This document shows positions 63,321 through 64,000 of a stretch of DNA of 64,000 nt, one piece after another. Under the pieces are notes generated by a model that ran no database searches, had not been told where the DNA came from, and worked only from the letters and a program-made list of their open reading frames with translations. Location: positions 1 through 64,000 of IMG/VR virus record IMGVR_UViG_3300009008_000026; one strand, 5' to 3'. Every line of letters begins with the position of its first letter. Position 1 is the first letter of the stretch. Source of the DNA: a virus. Made by a program: the position numbers and the translations under genes.

Positions 63321-64000
63321 ATGACCGACTCACCCAAAAAGACATATGACCTTAACGCCGACGTAGCGCGTCTTCTTATGCGTGAGCCGTTCTTCGCCTC
63401 TCTTTCGAGGAGGATCGACAAGACACGAACGACCACGATCCCAACGGCAGGTGTGAGGATCAATAAGGAGCGCGCACAATTCGAGCTTCTCTATAACCCT
63501 GAGTTTATGGGTGCGTTGAAAGACGAGCACAAGCTGGGTGTCCTTAAGCACGAGTTCTATCACATTATCTTCGAGCATGTAACTGGTCGTGCGCCGTCTG
63601 GTGGGATGAAGAAGATCGACAACATCGCGATGGATCTCGCGATCAACGGTCTACCAGACATGCGTAACATTCTACCACGTGAAGGCGATGAAGGCCCACT
63701 TGTAGATGGTCAGCCTATGCTAGCATGCATCCCTGAGATGAAACCATTCGAGGATCTCCCTTGCGAGAAGTCATACGAGTGGTATCTTGCCGCGTTGAGA
63801 GACAGACAACCAGAGGAAGAAGAGGGTGAAGGCGGCGAAGGCGGTGAAGGCGGCGACGGACTGCCTCGCGAGTTTGATGATCACAGTGCCTTCGGCGAGG
63901 GTGATGGATCTGACGCAAGTAATGAGATCGCCAAGGAGCGTCTCAAGAAAGCCGTTAAAGAAGCGGCTGAAGAAGCGATGAAGGCAAACAACTGGGGCAC
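63321..64000 (+). CDS. DUF2201-type HExxH metallopeptidase (probable VWA partner of MoxR), truncated by window end
   Basis: RBS AGGAG; 'EPFFASL', 'PTAGV', 'YNPEF', 'LKHEFYH', 'NIAMDLAIN', acidic Gly linker, 'DDH'; open to the window edge. Confidence 0.8.
   Translation, partial: MTDSPKKTYDLNADVARLLMREPFFASLSRRIDKTRTTTIPTAGVRINKERAQFELLYNPEFMGALKDEHKLGVLKHEFYHIIFEHVTGRAPSGGMKKIDNIAMDLAINGLPDMRNILPREGDEGPLVDGQPMLACIPEMKPFEDLPCEKSYEWYLAALRDRQPEEEEGEGGEGGEGGDGLPREFDDHSAFGEGDGSDASNEIAKERLKKAVKEAAEEAMKANNWG

Noticed and set aside
1339-63918. Minus-strand and nested ORFs in the ORF track
   Set aside because: They are shadows of well-supported + strand genes, with no RBS or recognisable motifs
1-64000. 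Bacterial chromosome origin because of dnaE, groEL, recA, guaB and clpP
   Set aside because: These genes are interleaved with baseplate, gp32-like and gp41-like genes, all on one strand, without bacterial operon context
1-64000. Alternative genetic code or stop-codon readthrough
   Set aside because: Core genes are full length in the standard code, and TAA, TAG and TGA all serve as stops

Overview
This 64 kb window comes from a large tailed dsDNA bacteriophage, most likely a myovirus with a contractile tail. Every credible gene lies on the + strand, is densely packed and reads in the standard bacterial code. From left to right the window holds five blocks. (1) The end of a tail/baseplate module, 1-7.2 kb. 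(2) A replication, recombination and nucleotide block: a minimal family-A polymerase, a divergent tubulin/FtsZ-like protein, gp32-like SSB, RecA/UvsX, 5'-3' exonuclease, DnaB-like helicase, class II RNR, DnaE, and IMPDH/GMP reductase. (3) Interspersed DNA methyltransferases, two restriction-endonuclease-like genes, an amidase and a chaperone/protease set (GroEL, GroES, J-domain protein, two ClpP, trypsin-like protease, Trx, Grx). (4) Probable head-packaged proteins, including a 1676-aa multidomain protein and a Pol-beta-type nucleotidyltransferase. (5) Two tRNAs (Asn-GTT, Ile-TAT) and an accessory region at 53.5-64 kb that ends in a MoxR ATPase / HExxH metallopeptidase pair. The most striking unexplained structure is in the accessory region. 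About a dozen short 'MKVGDLV' SH3/KOW-like microproteins with variable interiors are joined by a conserved ~30-bp dual-coding junction (six exact 14-nt overlaps). They are grouped behind nine copies of a promoter that carries two extra TTGACA-like boxes upstream of its -35. Other recurring themes are three apparent promoter classes and several enzyme homologues with eroded catalytic motifs. All protein calls are by eye from motifs; no database search was run.
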